Part shown: positions 29,249-39,400 of the stretch, piece after piece
How positions within the stretch are numbered: the first letter of the stretch is position 1
Layout: each line of letters starts with the position of its first letter
Source of the DNA: Candidatus Omnitrophota bacterium
GTDB taxonomy: Bacteria; Omnitrophota; Gorgyraeia; JABMRG01; JAFGKX01
Length of the DNA: 64,000 nucleotides
NCBI GenBank assembly: GCA_043797125.1
Contig: JAZDPX010000017.1
Span: 23,340 to 87,339 of the forward strand
Direction of reading: 5' to 3'
Position numbers and translations under genes: made by a program
Notes under the pieces: model-generated
Told to the model about the DNA's origin: nothing
The model's input: only the letters and a program-made list of their open reading frames with translations
Databases searched by the model: none

Positions 29249-29733
29249 AAATAGCGGTTATCTCTGACACTCATTTAACGGCGCAGCAAAGTTTCCCGTC
29301 CAATATAATAAACTGCCTAAAAGATGTTGATTTAATCCTGCACGCAGGCGATATTGTGGAATTAAACACATTAAGAGAGATAGAAAAGTACAAACCAGTA
29401 ATTGCCGTATCAGGCAATATGGATTCAGCTGATATAAAACGGCTTTTGCCCGAAAAGAGACTGCTGGATTTCTGTGGTTTTAAAATAGGTTTAATGCACG
29501 GGCACGGGCCTGCTTATTCGGTCTTGGATCAGGTGAAGGACGAGTTTAAAACAGAAGAAAATTTGTCATGCGTAATTTACGGGCATTCTCACGCCCCGTG
29601 CATAACTAACATTGGCGGGGTAATTTACTTAAACCCAGGTTCGCTGACTGATAAGGTTTACGCACCTTATAATTCATACGCGATACTGGATATAGGGAAG
29701 AAAATCAAAGCAAAAATAATAAAGATAGCATAG
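29245..29733 (+). CDS. YfcE-like metallophosphoesterase
   Basis: ISDTH, HAGD, GNMD, HG, GHSH, NPGS. Confidence 0.92.
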   Translation: MKIAVISDTHLTAQQSFPSNIINCLKDVDLILHAGDIVELNTLREIEKYKPVIAVSGNMDSADIKRLLPEKRLLDFCGFKIGLMHGHGPAYSVLDQVKDEFKTEENLSCVIYGHSHAPCITNIGGVIYLNPGSLTDKVYAPYNSYAILDIGKKIKAKIIKIA

Positions 29734-29766
29734 AGCTAAGGGCAAAGGGCACAGGGAAAAAATGAT

Positions 29767-30585
29767 ATGGGAAACGGATTACCGGTAATAAATATAACTG
29801 CTAAGACACTGCCAGAGGCATGGGAAGAAGCTGTAATAAAGACATGGGAACTCGGGCTTTCGATAAAGACAGAATACGATAAGCCGGATGACCCGCCAAG
29901 CAAGGATGCGACAGTGATAATGACAGCGCTTGAGCCTATGCTTGAGCCAAGGATACACAGGGCATTTCCCGGCGGCCTTGAAGATCTTGAGGTTTACAGG
30001 CAGGAGGTTGTAAACGGCATCCATGATCATTGGATAAATCCTGCAGAAGGCAAATGGACCTATACCTACCATCAAAGAATCGCTTCCTATCCGTCTAACG
30101 GGCAGACAATAGACCAAATGGCTTATATAATAGCTAAATTAAAAGACAAAGAATACACGCGCCGCGCCCAGGCAATAACATGGTCTCCTAAGCTCGACTC
30201 GGTCGCGGATGATCCTCCGTGCCTCCAGCGTATATGGTTCAGGATTTCAAGGGATAAATACAACAAGGCGGTTTTAAACATGAACACGCACTGGCGCTCA
30301 AGAGACGCGTACAAGGCCGCATTTATGAATATGTTCGCGTTAACAGATTTACAAAAAATAATTGCCCAAAAGCTTAGCAGTGAATTAAACGAGCAGGTTT
30401 CGGTAGGCAGGTATACCGACGTAACGGATAGCTTTCACATATACGGCAGTTATCATGAAGAATTCGGCAGGTTCCTTGAAACAGTAAGAAAAAGATCTTT
30501 TAAAGAGCGCACATGGAACAGCAAATTCGCAGAGCCGTTTTTTGAAGAAGCACGTAGGAAAATAGAAAAGGAAACAAAATGTTAG
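29767..30585 (+). CDS. Thymidylate synthase-like protein (archaeal-type ThyA fold)
   Basis: YTYHQR, TRRAQAITW, DPPCL (catalytic Cys), WRSRD, N, SFHIY. Confidence 0.75.
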   Translation: MGNGLPVINITAKTLPEAWEEAVIKTWELGLSIKTEYDKPDDPPSKDATVIMTALEPMLEPRIHRAFPGGLEDLEVYRQEVVNGIHDHWINPAEGKWTYTYHQRIASYPSNGQTIDQMAYIIAKLKDKEYTRRAQAITWSPKLDSVADDPPCLQRIWFRISRDKYNKAVLNMNTHWRSRDAYKAAFMNMFALTDLQKIIAQKLSSELNEQVSVGRYTDVTDSFHIYGSYHEEFGRFLETVRKRSFKERTWNSKFAEPFFEEARRKIEKETKC

Positions 30586-30716
30586 AATATCGGATTACCA
30601 GATTATCAGAGCGAGAATATCAGAGAAACAGATTGTCAGATTTTAACACTCTGATATTCTAATACTCTGATAATCTGATACTCTCGTTCTGATACTCTGA
30701 TTTTCTGATACTCTAA
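30585..30716. repeat. Inverted array of ~8-nt tandem repeats (ATCAGA.. / TCTGATA.)
   Basis: Repeated ATCAGA-type units followed by complementary TCTGATAC units. Confidence 0.75.
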
Positions 30717-30730
30717 CTCAGGAGTTCATC

Positions 30731-31198
30731 ATGAAAAAAATATGGGCGCCATGGAGGAGTAAATTTATCTATGATAGAAAGCAAAGAGGGTGCATTTTTT
30801 GCAAGGCTGCCAAAAGCAAAAACGATAGGGCAGATTATGTAATAACCAGAGACGAGTTCTGCTTTTCAATCCTCAATATATACCCGTATAATAACGGGCA
30901 TATAATGGTTGCCCCTTACAGGCATAAAGGCCGCTTGGAAGACCTCACGAAAGGCGAATTATACGGCCTGATGTTGTTAACAGAAAAAACAACTTGCTTG
31001 CTGGATAAAATCTTAAAACCTGATGGCTATAATATAGGATTAAATATCGGAAAAATATCAGGCGCAGGTTTTCCGGGCCATCTTCATGTGCATATTGTGC
31101 CTCGCTGGCAAGGCGATACAAATTTTATGCCAGTATTAGCCCAGGCTAAGATAATATCCGAATCGCTGGGCTCTTTGTACAGGAGGCTTAAAAAGTGA
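30731..31198 (+). CDS. HIT-family nucleotide hydrolase
   Basis: WAPWR, CIFC, N.YPYNNGH, HLHVHIVPR. Confidence 0.92.
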   Translation: MKKIWAPWRSKFIYDRKQRGCIFCKAAKSKNDRADYVITRDEFCFSILNIYPYNNGHIMVAPYRHKGRLEDLTKGELYGLMLLTEKTTCLLDKILKPDGYNIGLNIGKISGAGFPGHLHVHIVPRWQGDTNFMPVLAQAKIISESLGSLYRRLKK

Positions 31199-32349
31199 TG
31201 AAGTCTAAGCAATATTACGAATACGAAAAGCATTTCTTAATGCCTTATGCTACAAAAAGCGCCTCATCCAAGGGCAGGGTCCATAAAGAGGCCGAGCACC
31301 TGTACCGGCCAATTTATCAACGCGATAGGGAGAGAATTATACATTCAACCGCGTTCAGGCGCCTGGAGTATAAAACGCAGGTTTTCGTGAACCACGAGGG
31401 AGATTATTATCGAACGAGATTAACGCACACCCTTGAAGTCGCCCAGATAGCGCGTTCAATAGCTCGAGCCCTGGGCGTAAATGAAGACTTGTCCGAGGCT
31501 ATAGCCCTGGCGCACGATTTGGGACACACGCCATTTGGCCACTCGGGCGAAGATGCGTTAGCTCAGATAATGAAAGAACACGGAGGGTTTAACCACAACG
31601 TTCACGCGCTAAGAGTGGTGGATCACCTGGAGACAAGATACCCTAATTTTAGAGGCCTTAATTTAACAGCTGAAGTGCGTGAAGGTATTATAAAACACAC
31701 GACATCGTACGATGTCCCTGAAATAGCAGCGGAATTTGAGCCCGAGCTTTCAGCTTCATTGGAAACCCAGATAGTTAACGCTGCTGACGAGATTGCGTAT
31801 GACAGCCACGATTTAGATGACGGGCTCGCAAGCAACATACTTTCGGAGGGTGAATTAAGAAAAGTATTGCTGTGGAAGGAAACTGCTGCTAAAATAAAGA
31901 AAAGCCATAGTAATTTAAAAGAACAGGTCAGGCAATTTCAGGTCATTAAAGAAATTATAAATAGCCAGGTTACGGATTTAATAAACACCACCGAGGCCAG
32001 GATAAAGAAAAACAAGATACGCTCATACGAAGACGTTAGAAGGTTTTCACAGAAACTTGTGACTTTCAGCACTTCTATGCATGAAAAAAGAGAGCGGCTC
32101 AGAATATACCTGTATGACAATTTATACCGTCATTTTCGAGTCTTAAGGATGGCAAACAAGGCAAGACGATTTATTACAGAGCTTTTTGAGGTTTATATTT
32201 CCCAGCCTGAACAGCTCCCCTTAAGCTATCGCGCCAGGGTTAAGGTAGAAGGCGGATATAGAGTGGTATGCGATTATATCGCCGGCATGACAGACCGTTA
32301 CGCATTAAACGAGTATAAAAAACTTTTTGAACCGTACGAGAAGGTATGA
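31195..32349 (+). CDS. dgt: Deoxyguanosinetriphosphate triphosphohydrolase
   Basis: RDRERIIHS.AFRRL..KTQV, RTRLTH, HDLGHTPFGHSGE, DYIAGMTD. Confidence 0.93.
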   Translation: MMKSKQYYEYEKHFLMPYATKSASSKGRVHKEAEHLYRPIYQRDRERIIHSTAFRRLEYKTQVFVNHEGDYYRTRLTHTLEVAQIARSIARALGVNEDLSEAIALAHDLGHTPFGHSGEDALAQIMKEHGGFNHNVHALRVVDHLETRYPNFRGLNLTAEVREGIIKHTTSYDVPEIAAEFEPELSASLETQIVNAADEIAYDSHDLDDGLASNILSEGELRKVLLWKETAAKIKKSHSNLKEQVRQFQVIKEIINSQVTDLINTTEARIKKNKIRSYEDVRRFSQKLVTFSTSMHEKRERLRIYLYDNLYRHFRVLRMANKARRFITELFEVYISQPEQLPLSYRARVKVEGGYRVVCDYIAGMTDRYALNEYKKLFEPYEKV

Positions 32350-33800
32350 TGCAGGACATAAATAAAGCTTATAAAGATGAGTTTCTTAAGCGCCTTACGC
32401 AAAGCGCGGTGTTTAAGGAAGAACAGGACGCCTTTAACAATGTGATCGGCAAGGCAAACTGGCTTTTGTTTGCGTCGGACGATAAAAGGCTTATTCAGAA
32501 GCGTCTGCAAGAGGCTGTGGTTACGGCAAAGAAAACAAAAAAACCTGTCGTATTCAGGACCGGCGAGTCTCACTCGGCATGCCTTACAATCGGAAGAGGG
32601 GATAGTATCTATGGCTATCTTTTGATAAGCCCGGTTAAATCAAAAATAGATGATCATATCCTTAATTTATTGGCAAGTTATACAAACACCGTAATCGAAG
32701 AAATCAACAAGGAAATCGAGTTATCCAAGTTATACGAAGTCATAAGGCCCCGCGCAATCGCGCTTTCCACAATACATACCGTACACAGGCTTATCGGCTC
32801 AACCCTGGTTATAGACGAATTATTACCAAGGATTGCCAGACTGGCTTTACAGGTCCTAAGGGCTGAAAAGGCAGCTATATACATGAAAGATATTCAGACA
32901 AACAAGCTTAAGTGCGTCACAGAGGTAAACTTTGCTAAAACTAAGGATTTCTTCAAGATAGGAAAAAGTCACAGCCTGTTAGCGCAAAGGATAGCTACAA
33001 CTTTTCGTTCGGTGCTTAAAAATGATACATTAGCCGTACCGTTAATTGAAGAAGATGTTATTGGGGTTATTATTGTCAGGTATAGAATCGACAAAAAAAG
33101 CTTTACGATTTTTGACCAGGAAATACTTACCACCCTGGCAGAACAGGCTGTCATAGCTGTTCGAAACGCGCAGTTATATAAAGAGCAACAGGATATTACC
33201 ACAGGCAGCATTAAATCCCTGGCTTCTGTCCTTGACCTTAAATTACCCGGGGTTTACACGCACACAACTTTGTTTGTTGAGTTGATGCTAGCATTAGGCA
33301 AAGAGCTGAAGCTTAATCAGGACCAGATGCATAACCTGCATTATTCGGCATTGCTGCCTGACTTGGGCAAGGTGTTTTTGCCTGAACGGATACTTAAAAA
33401 GCCTTCGCCTTTGGATAAAAAGGAAAGAAGTCTTATAATGATGCATACGGAGAAGGCTGTTGAAATAATGCAGCATTTAAGCGGATTAAAATCTACAATA
33501 CCTATTATATTGCATCATCATGAAAGGCATGACGGTAAAGGCTACCCCTATCAGCTTAAAGGCGACCAGATCCCGATAGGCGCGAGGATAATGGCTGTAG
33601 GCGACGCGTTTGAGGCAATGTTGCGCAGGCGTTTTCACCGCAAACAGCTTACTTTGCCCAAGGTGGTATCAGAAATAGAATCGCAGTCAGGCAGGCAGTT
33701 TGACCCGAAAGTAGTTGACGCCTTCATGAAACTGTACAAAGACGGAAGGCTTGACAATTTAGTAAAAGGGCATAAAAATGAGCTTGAAAAAGTTTTTTAA
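32346..33800 (+). CDS. GAF + HD-GYP domain protein, probably catalytically degenerate
   Basis: GAF; LLPDLGK in place of LLHDIGK; HHERHDGKGYP; GRQFDP. Confidence 0.85.
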   Translation: MMQDINKAYKDEFLKRLTQSAVFKEEQDAFNNVIGKANWLLFASDDKRLIQKRLQEAVVTAKKTKKPVVFRTGESHSACLTIGRGDSIYGYLLISPVKSKIDDHILNLLASYTNTVIEEINKEIELSKLYEVIRPRAIALSTIHTVHRLIGSTLVIDELLPRIARLALQVLRAEKAAIYMKDIQTNKLKCVTEVNFAKTKDFFKIGKSHSLLAQRIATTFRSVLKNDTLAVPLIEEDVIGVIIVRYRIDKKSFTIFDQEILTTLAEQAVIAVRNAQLYKEQQDITTGSIKSLASVLDLKLPGVYTHTTLFVELMLALGKELKLNQDQMHNLHYSALLPDLGKVFLPERILKKPSPLDKKERSLIMMHTEKAVEIMQHLSGLKSTIPIILHHHERHDGKGYPYQLKGDQIPIGARIMAVGDAFEAMLRRRFHRKQLTLPKVVSEIESQSGRQFDPKVVDAFMKLYKDGRLDNLVKGHKNELEKVF

Positions 33801-34050
33801 CTCACCCATACACAAGAAAATAATTATTTTCTTTCATCAAAACCCGTCCAGTATCGATAGCCCGAGGGGCGTGGCTACATGGATTAATTACGACCGCTTA
33901 AAAGTAATAAAAGCGTTAAAAGAGCTTACCAGGCATAAAATCCTTAATATTCACAAGTCAGCGGCCATCACAGGCTATTCATACACAACAGACGCGAAAA
34001 TAATAAAAGAAATAGAAAAACATATCCACTCAATTGAAAAAAACAACTAA
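33778..34050 (+). CDS. Small hypothetical protein, possible winged helix
   Basis: Overlapping operon position; FFHQNP..IDS..GVA.W helix-turn-helix-like pattern. Confidence 0.6.
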   Translation: MSLKKFFNSPIHKKIIIFFHQNPSSIDSPRGVATWINYDRLKVIKALKELTRHKILNIHKSAAITGYSYTTDAKIIKEIEKHIHSIEKNN

Positions 34051-34720
34051 TACAGTTCTCATAATTACAGTCGCGGTTGTATTAGCCTTTGTAGTATTCC
34101 TGAAAACGCCTCTATTAAAACAATCCATACGCATATGGTTTAAGTGGCGCTTTAAACAAGCTGAACTATCGATAAATAAACTCTCATTTTCATTTACCCA
34201 AGGCATAAAAGCTAAAAACATAAGCCTGCGGGATAAATCAAACACAAAAAATATCAACATAGAGGATGCGGTTATAAAGTGCAACTTTCTATATTTATTT
34301 AAAGACGAACTTTATACAACCCTTGACCTGAAATCCGTAAAGATTTTATATCCTGCATCAGGAGTTGTGCAGTCTATTGTAAATTTATTGGCTCTGGACC
34401 CTGCTATTCCTTTTGATTTTGATACTATCGAAGGCGTCCTGTATTTAAAGAGGAATGAGGTTACTATAAGAGGCCTCAAGGCTCAGGGAAAAGACTTAAG
34501 CGTTTTTATTGACGGCACAGCAACTGCCTACGAATATGTCAACTGCACGATAAGGCTGCTTTTGTCTGACAAAATAACATCTAATGCGCCGGAAAATGTG
34601 CGTAAGTTTCTATTTAAAACCAGCGAAGAGCAATCAATGGTAGAACTGTACGTAAGCGGCAGCATAAAGAAACCCTATATAAACTTCTCAGCTCCCTTAT
34701 TTAAATTAAAAATCACCTGA
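34034..34720 (+). CDS. Membrane-anchored beta-rich protein (AsmA/GspN-like)
   Basis: N-terminal TM; beta-strand pattern; C-terminal V.GSIKKP typical of AsmA-like C-termini. Confidence 0.55.
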   Translation: MKKTTNTVLIITVAVVLAFVVFLKTPLLKQSIRIWFKWRFKQAELSINKLSFSFTQGIKAKNISLRDKSNTKNINIEDAVIKCNFLYLFKDELYTTLDLKSVKILYPASGVVQSIVNLLALDPAIPFDFDTIEGVLYLKRNEVTIRGLKAQGKDLSVFIDGTATAYEYVNCTIRLLLSDKITSNAPENVRKFLFKTSEEQSMVELYVSGSIKKPYINFSAPLFKLKIT

Positions 34721-34734
34721 AAATAATAATTTCC

Positions 34735-34763
34735 TTGACAAAGAAAAACTTTTTTGTTATACT
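34735..34763 (+). promoter_or_regulatory. sigma70 promoter of the 34842-40522 two-gene operon
   Basis: TTGACA-N17-TATACT with extended -10 TG. Confidence 0.75.
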
Positions 34764-34841
34764 ATAAACACTTTTTAATGAAGTTTAAAAATAATTAACC
34801 AATCTCATAAAAGTCTACGAAAAACGAACGGGATTAAGGGG

Positions 34842-36344
34842 ATGTCAAAAGTTCTTCTAATTGCTCTATTAGTATTATTAGTAGTAATAACTTCTACTAT
34901 ATACGGCCAGACTTTAAGCCTGTTTGAGAAAAAACCTATCTCTCAATCTGAACCGGCCCGGATAATTGAAACTTTAACTATCCCCCCTGCTTACGGAGAA
35001 ATTTCTGAGTTTTATTCCGCCGGACAGGGAAAAGCGCAAAAACTTATCATACACATACAAGACGTCCACAGCCACTACCAGACCCAGCTAAGCATAGCAA
35101 AAATTATCGAACGTCTAATTAAAGAACATGGCATAGACCTTATACTTGTCGAGGGAGGCACAAAAAAGGATAACCTCACTCATCTTAGGGAGATAGGCAC
35201 GCAACAGCAGCGCGAAAAAGTAGCAGAGAATTTCCTGAAACAGGGCAAAATCGCCGCTGAAGAATACATGGATATCGTTTCTCATTACACATTCGATATT
35301 TACGGAATAGAGGACAGGGAATTATATGATGAAAATATGGCGGCTTTCATACAGGTTGACTTGTTTAAAAAGCCTGCCGAAGAAGAGCTAAACATCATAA
35401 AATCCGAAATTGCAAGGTTAAAACAAAAGATTTACCCCAAGAGTATTATCGAACTTGAAGAAGCGCACGAACAGTTCCTTAAAAAGGCGATAACCCTGCA
35501 GGAATTCATACAGTTTCTCAACAACTCATACCCGCAATTCATAACCGCAAATAACTTCACAAACCTAAACGGTTTTTTGGAAATCGTCCGTTTGGAGGCC
35601 GATATAAATTTTGAGGCGCTTAAGGAGCAGCAACAGCGTCTCTTAAAAGAGCTGGCGACGCTTTCAAGCAAGGAGGGCGTAAAAAACCTTTTTTTAAAAA
35701 CAGCCGCGCATAAAAACAAACTTATAAGCGACCTCGAATTTTACGGATTTTTAGAGAGGGCATCAACTGCCTGCGGCCTGAAGGTTTCAGAATATCCGTT
35801 TTTTTCTACTTATATCGATTATTTAAAACTATCGCAGCGTATAGACGAAACCCTGGTGGTAGACGATGTTGTGCTGCTGTATAAAGACATAAAAAGGAGC
35901 CTTCTAGTAACAGAGGAGCAAAAAAACATGGAAGTTGTCGAGCGCAAAATAGATATTTTAACATCATTGGTCACCCTGCAGATGATGCCTGAAGATGTGT
36001 TTTTCTTCTCGGACAACAAACAGGAATTTTACGCGGATAAATGGTCGGGCCTTTTTAACATTGACGTTAAAAAAACCAGGCTTACAAAACAAAACATCGA
36101 CGCCCTAGAAAAATTTTACGCCTCGGTCTTTCAGAGAGACGACGCCTTCATCCGCAACACCAAGAAGTGGATGCGGCAGAAAGACAGGGATGTCGCAATA
36201 TTAATCGCCGGAGGATTCCATACGGAGGCGATAAAGAGCAGGTTAAAAAATGAAGGGCTTTCATATATAGTAATAAAGCCGCAAGTCGGCGATTATATCG
36301 ATAATAACATATATCATAAAAATTTAGAGGATAAGTGGAGGTGA
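34842..36344 (+). CDS. Exported ChaN/EreA/Tiki-superfamily-like protein with large helical insert
   Basis: Signal peptide/TM; IIHIQDVH..Q, LILVEGG, GIED..LY..N, RD..F..N, ILIAGGFHT motifs in the order of the EreA/ChaN/Tiki fold. Confidence 0.6.
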   Translation: MSKVLLIALLVLLVVITSTIYGQTLSLFEKKPISQSEPARIIETLTIPPAYGEISEFYSAGQGKAQKLIIHIQDVHSHYQTQLSIAKIIERLIKEHGIDLILVEGGTKKDNLTHLREIGTQQQREKVAENFLKQGKIAAEEYMDIVSHYTFDIYGIEDRELYDENMAAFIQVDLFKKPAEEELNIIKSEIARLKQKIYPKSIIELEEAHEQFLKKAITLQEFIQFLNNSYPQFITANNFTNLNGFLEIVRLEADINFEALKEQQQRLLKELATLSSKEGVKNLFLKTAAHKNKLISDLEFYGFLERASTACGLKVSEYPFFSTYIDYLKLSQRIDETLVVDDVVLLYKDIKRSLLVTEEQKNMEVVERKIDILTSLVTLQMMPEDVFFFSDNKQEFYADKWSGLFNIDVKKTRLTKQNIDALEKFYASVFQRDDAFIRNTKKWMRQKDRDVAILIAGGFHTEAIKSRLKNEGLSYIVIKPQVGDYIDNNIYHKNLEDKWR

Positions 36345-36406
36345 TGTAAAGGGCGCAGTTAAATGTGCGGGGTTGGGTGTACTTACATTAAAAAAAGGGG
36401 AAAAAA

Positions 36407-39400
36407 ATGAAAATTATCAATTTTAAAAATATTTTGAAGTTATGCAGCATGCTGCTTGTTTTAACAATGTCGTTACCGCAACCTGCGTTTGCCTTAAAGT
36501 TATACGATTTAAGGCCCCGGGCGGCTGCGGAAGCAAAAACTGGCGAGCAATTTACCGCCATACTTGGCGAAGTTACCGATCGTCAAACAAAAGACATCAA
36601 GAACGATACGAAAATGTATTTAAGAAAGGCCGGGAATGAATTAAGGATTATTACAATATATTCACCGACACAAGAACAGCCAAGCGTCGAAGACCAGCTT
36701 AGGGAATATAACTCGATGAGGACAACAAGGCAGCTGCCGCCGCTTGAAGAACCGGATCTTCAGCTAGTAATAGGATTTGTCGAAGCGGTAAAGGCGTTTG
36801 TCCTACAATGCAAATCTTCAATCTCGCATCAGGACATTCAAGATTTCGGAATTAGGAAAACAAAAAAGGCCTTAACGGATGATATTGATGAAGTCAGGAT
36901 CGCCCTTGTAATTGACGAGTCCGGAACGCCTGCTGCTGATTGTAAAGACATTAAAGACAAAAAGATAATTCCTTTTGAGGACTCGCAGCCTTTCTTTGTG
37001 TATCTGGAAAGCGATGTGGAAGGTATTATGCCAATAGTTGTCGGTTCAGCGGGCACGCATGAATACAAGGGTTTTAGAACAACCCGCATGTATGAGCGCG
37101 GCGACGACCCTGAATCAATGTATCTGCCGCTTTCCTTATTCGCAAAGTACAAAGAACTCCATACTGAGGGCAAACAGGCATCTGTTGACACGATTATTCA
37201 TGAATACCTTGATATAAAAGCCAAAGAAGAAACAGGAATGCCTTATATAGTTCAGACAAGAATGAATGATGTTAATCTGGATATAGTAGATCAATGGAAA
37301 AAAGATCAGGAGGAAAAGCGAATAACGCAAACGGTGGCTAAAAAAGACCAATTCATTGCTGAAGAAAGGCACCTTAATCTGTCGCAGTTTTTCGCGCCAA
37401 AATTGAGCAAAGAAGGCGCGGTGCTTGCCAAGTCAGTTGCAGCCAATAAAATGAAAAAATATCTCAAGCAGCTTGTCAATGAAAAAGTGCTTGTGGATTA
37501 CAAGGTAATTGTTGCCGGCGACTGCCTGCATATATATACGACAAGGCGCAATAAGACCTTAAACCAGGATGCTATGCTGGTGAATAACCTGTTGACATTT
37601 GGTTTTATAGACGCGATTGATGAGGCTGATAATGAATCCCGGTTTTTTAACAAAGACCTTGTTGCAGAACTTAAGCTGATGGATTATACACAAGCTGTTG
37701 AGCGCATGCAGATAGTCGCAACCATGAAGCCGCTCATTTTTACAAACAGAAAAGCAGACCCCTTTGCGGTATTTATCGCCGCAAATGCTGACATTGGTTC
37801 ACATAACCTCGCGATATGGGAAATGCTGTGTAATCCAAACACAAACGCTGGGCTTACAATTGACCCTGCGGGCAACAGGGGCTATCTGATCGAGGTGTGG
37901 GACAGGGTTGATGACGTGATGTATAAGTTTGATTCAATAACTGAAAACCAAAAACTCAGAACCTTAATCTCAGAACCTCACAGGTATGTAATTGTAGCCG
38001 CATATACAAAAAAGGAACACAAAATACCCGAAGGCGAACCTATCTTGGCGGTATCCTGCAAAAGAATTTTTGACAAGAAAAACCAGGATGTCGTTGATGA
38101 TAACCCTGTTCTGATTGTCAGAGCGCAAAGCGGGCTGCCTGCCTGGGGCGAGGTATTGGAAGCTTATACAAAAGCATCGCCTTTGCTTACTTACGGAGGC
38201 AACAAGCACAGGGTTATGCAAGCCATGTGCCCTGTTACCGAAGAAGAGGCAATAAATGGATATATAGTTGTTGCTGACCGCGAAGACCCTTCTATCACAA
38301 GAAATGTTGAACTCGGCAAATTTATCGCTCCTGTGGTTGCTTTCGGATACCAGTCTCACCAGGGCAGGATAGGGCATAATGAGCCTGTTGTAGATAAGAC
38401 AGTAGAACTTGTAAGGCAAAACTCGCTTAAGTGGGACGCGCTTTGGAATTCTTTGCCAGCTTATATGTACAATGCGCTTATTGAGCCTTTAACAAGGCCC
38501 CACGCCTTTAACAGAAAAGATGACAATATACAGGTGCAGAAAAAGTTAGCAGAGAGGTTCTTTGCCACTCCAGGCCCAGTGGAAGATGAGGCCGGAAATA
38601 AAAAAATGGAGGTCATGAGCCCGATATTAACCAAAAAAGGCCTGACCGCAAGCAACATAAAGGTTGATATAGGCTCAGTTCCAGGCCATTTCAAGCCGCA
38701 CCCGAGCCTTTTTGATGGGGTGGAAGAAGTCGCGAAAATGGCTCAAGAACACGGCATAAACTTCGCCTTGAAGTTTTTGACAGAGGACGCGGTACAGCTC
38801 TATAAGGAGCTTACCGCTCGTTTTAAGGACGGTGAAGAATTCACGCCCGAGCAATGGGAAGAGGAATTCTCAAATGCAATGAAGGCTTTCATAGCAAACA
38901 ACAAACCCGAAAAAGGCGATGAGAAAATCGCAGATTTCAGAATATGGCACGCGGGCGATGATATACAGTTTACGATAATGCATAATTTAGGCGCAGAAAA
39001 TCCGCTCATACACAGGCTGGCATTTCACGCGTTTACATACGCGGCGGACAGAAATGAGCGTTCGCAGGTTTACGGCCACAAGCAGGACATACTTTTAAAC
39101 AAGCTTGTGTCAGGCAATGTTCAGGGCGCTGGCCCCGGTTATGCGGAAATAAACAACCTGAAAATAACAGACAGAGTCGTAATGCTCTCTGCCGATAAAA
39201 CAGCCCCTGGAGCTTTTACGGTTCCTTTATTAGCTTACAGCAGGTTAGCCATAGATAAGGGAAAGTTTAAGAACGGGCTTTTGGCTGAGATACAGGACAT
39301 CAACAACGCAAAATCTATATTCTTGGACCTCGCAAACGACGAGGACTTCCAGGACGCCGTTACGTTGTTAAGCGCGCCGGAAGAATTTGCCATAAAAAGG

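Noticed and set aside
30585-30716. Possible CRISPR array in this and the other repeat tracts
   Set aside because: Units are 7-10 nt with no unique spacers, and no cas genes are present.
26783-34720. Genomic island integrated at tRNA-Gly
   Set aside because: No integrase and no duplicated tRNA 3' end seen; downstream genes look like core genes.
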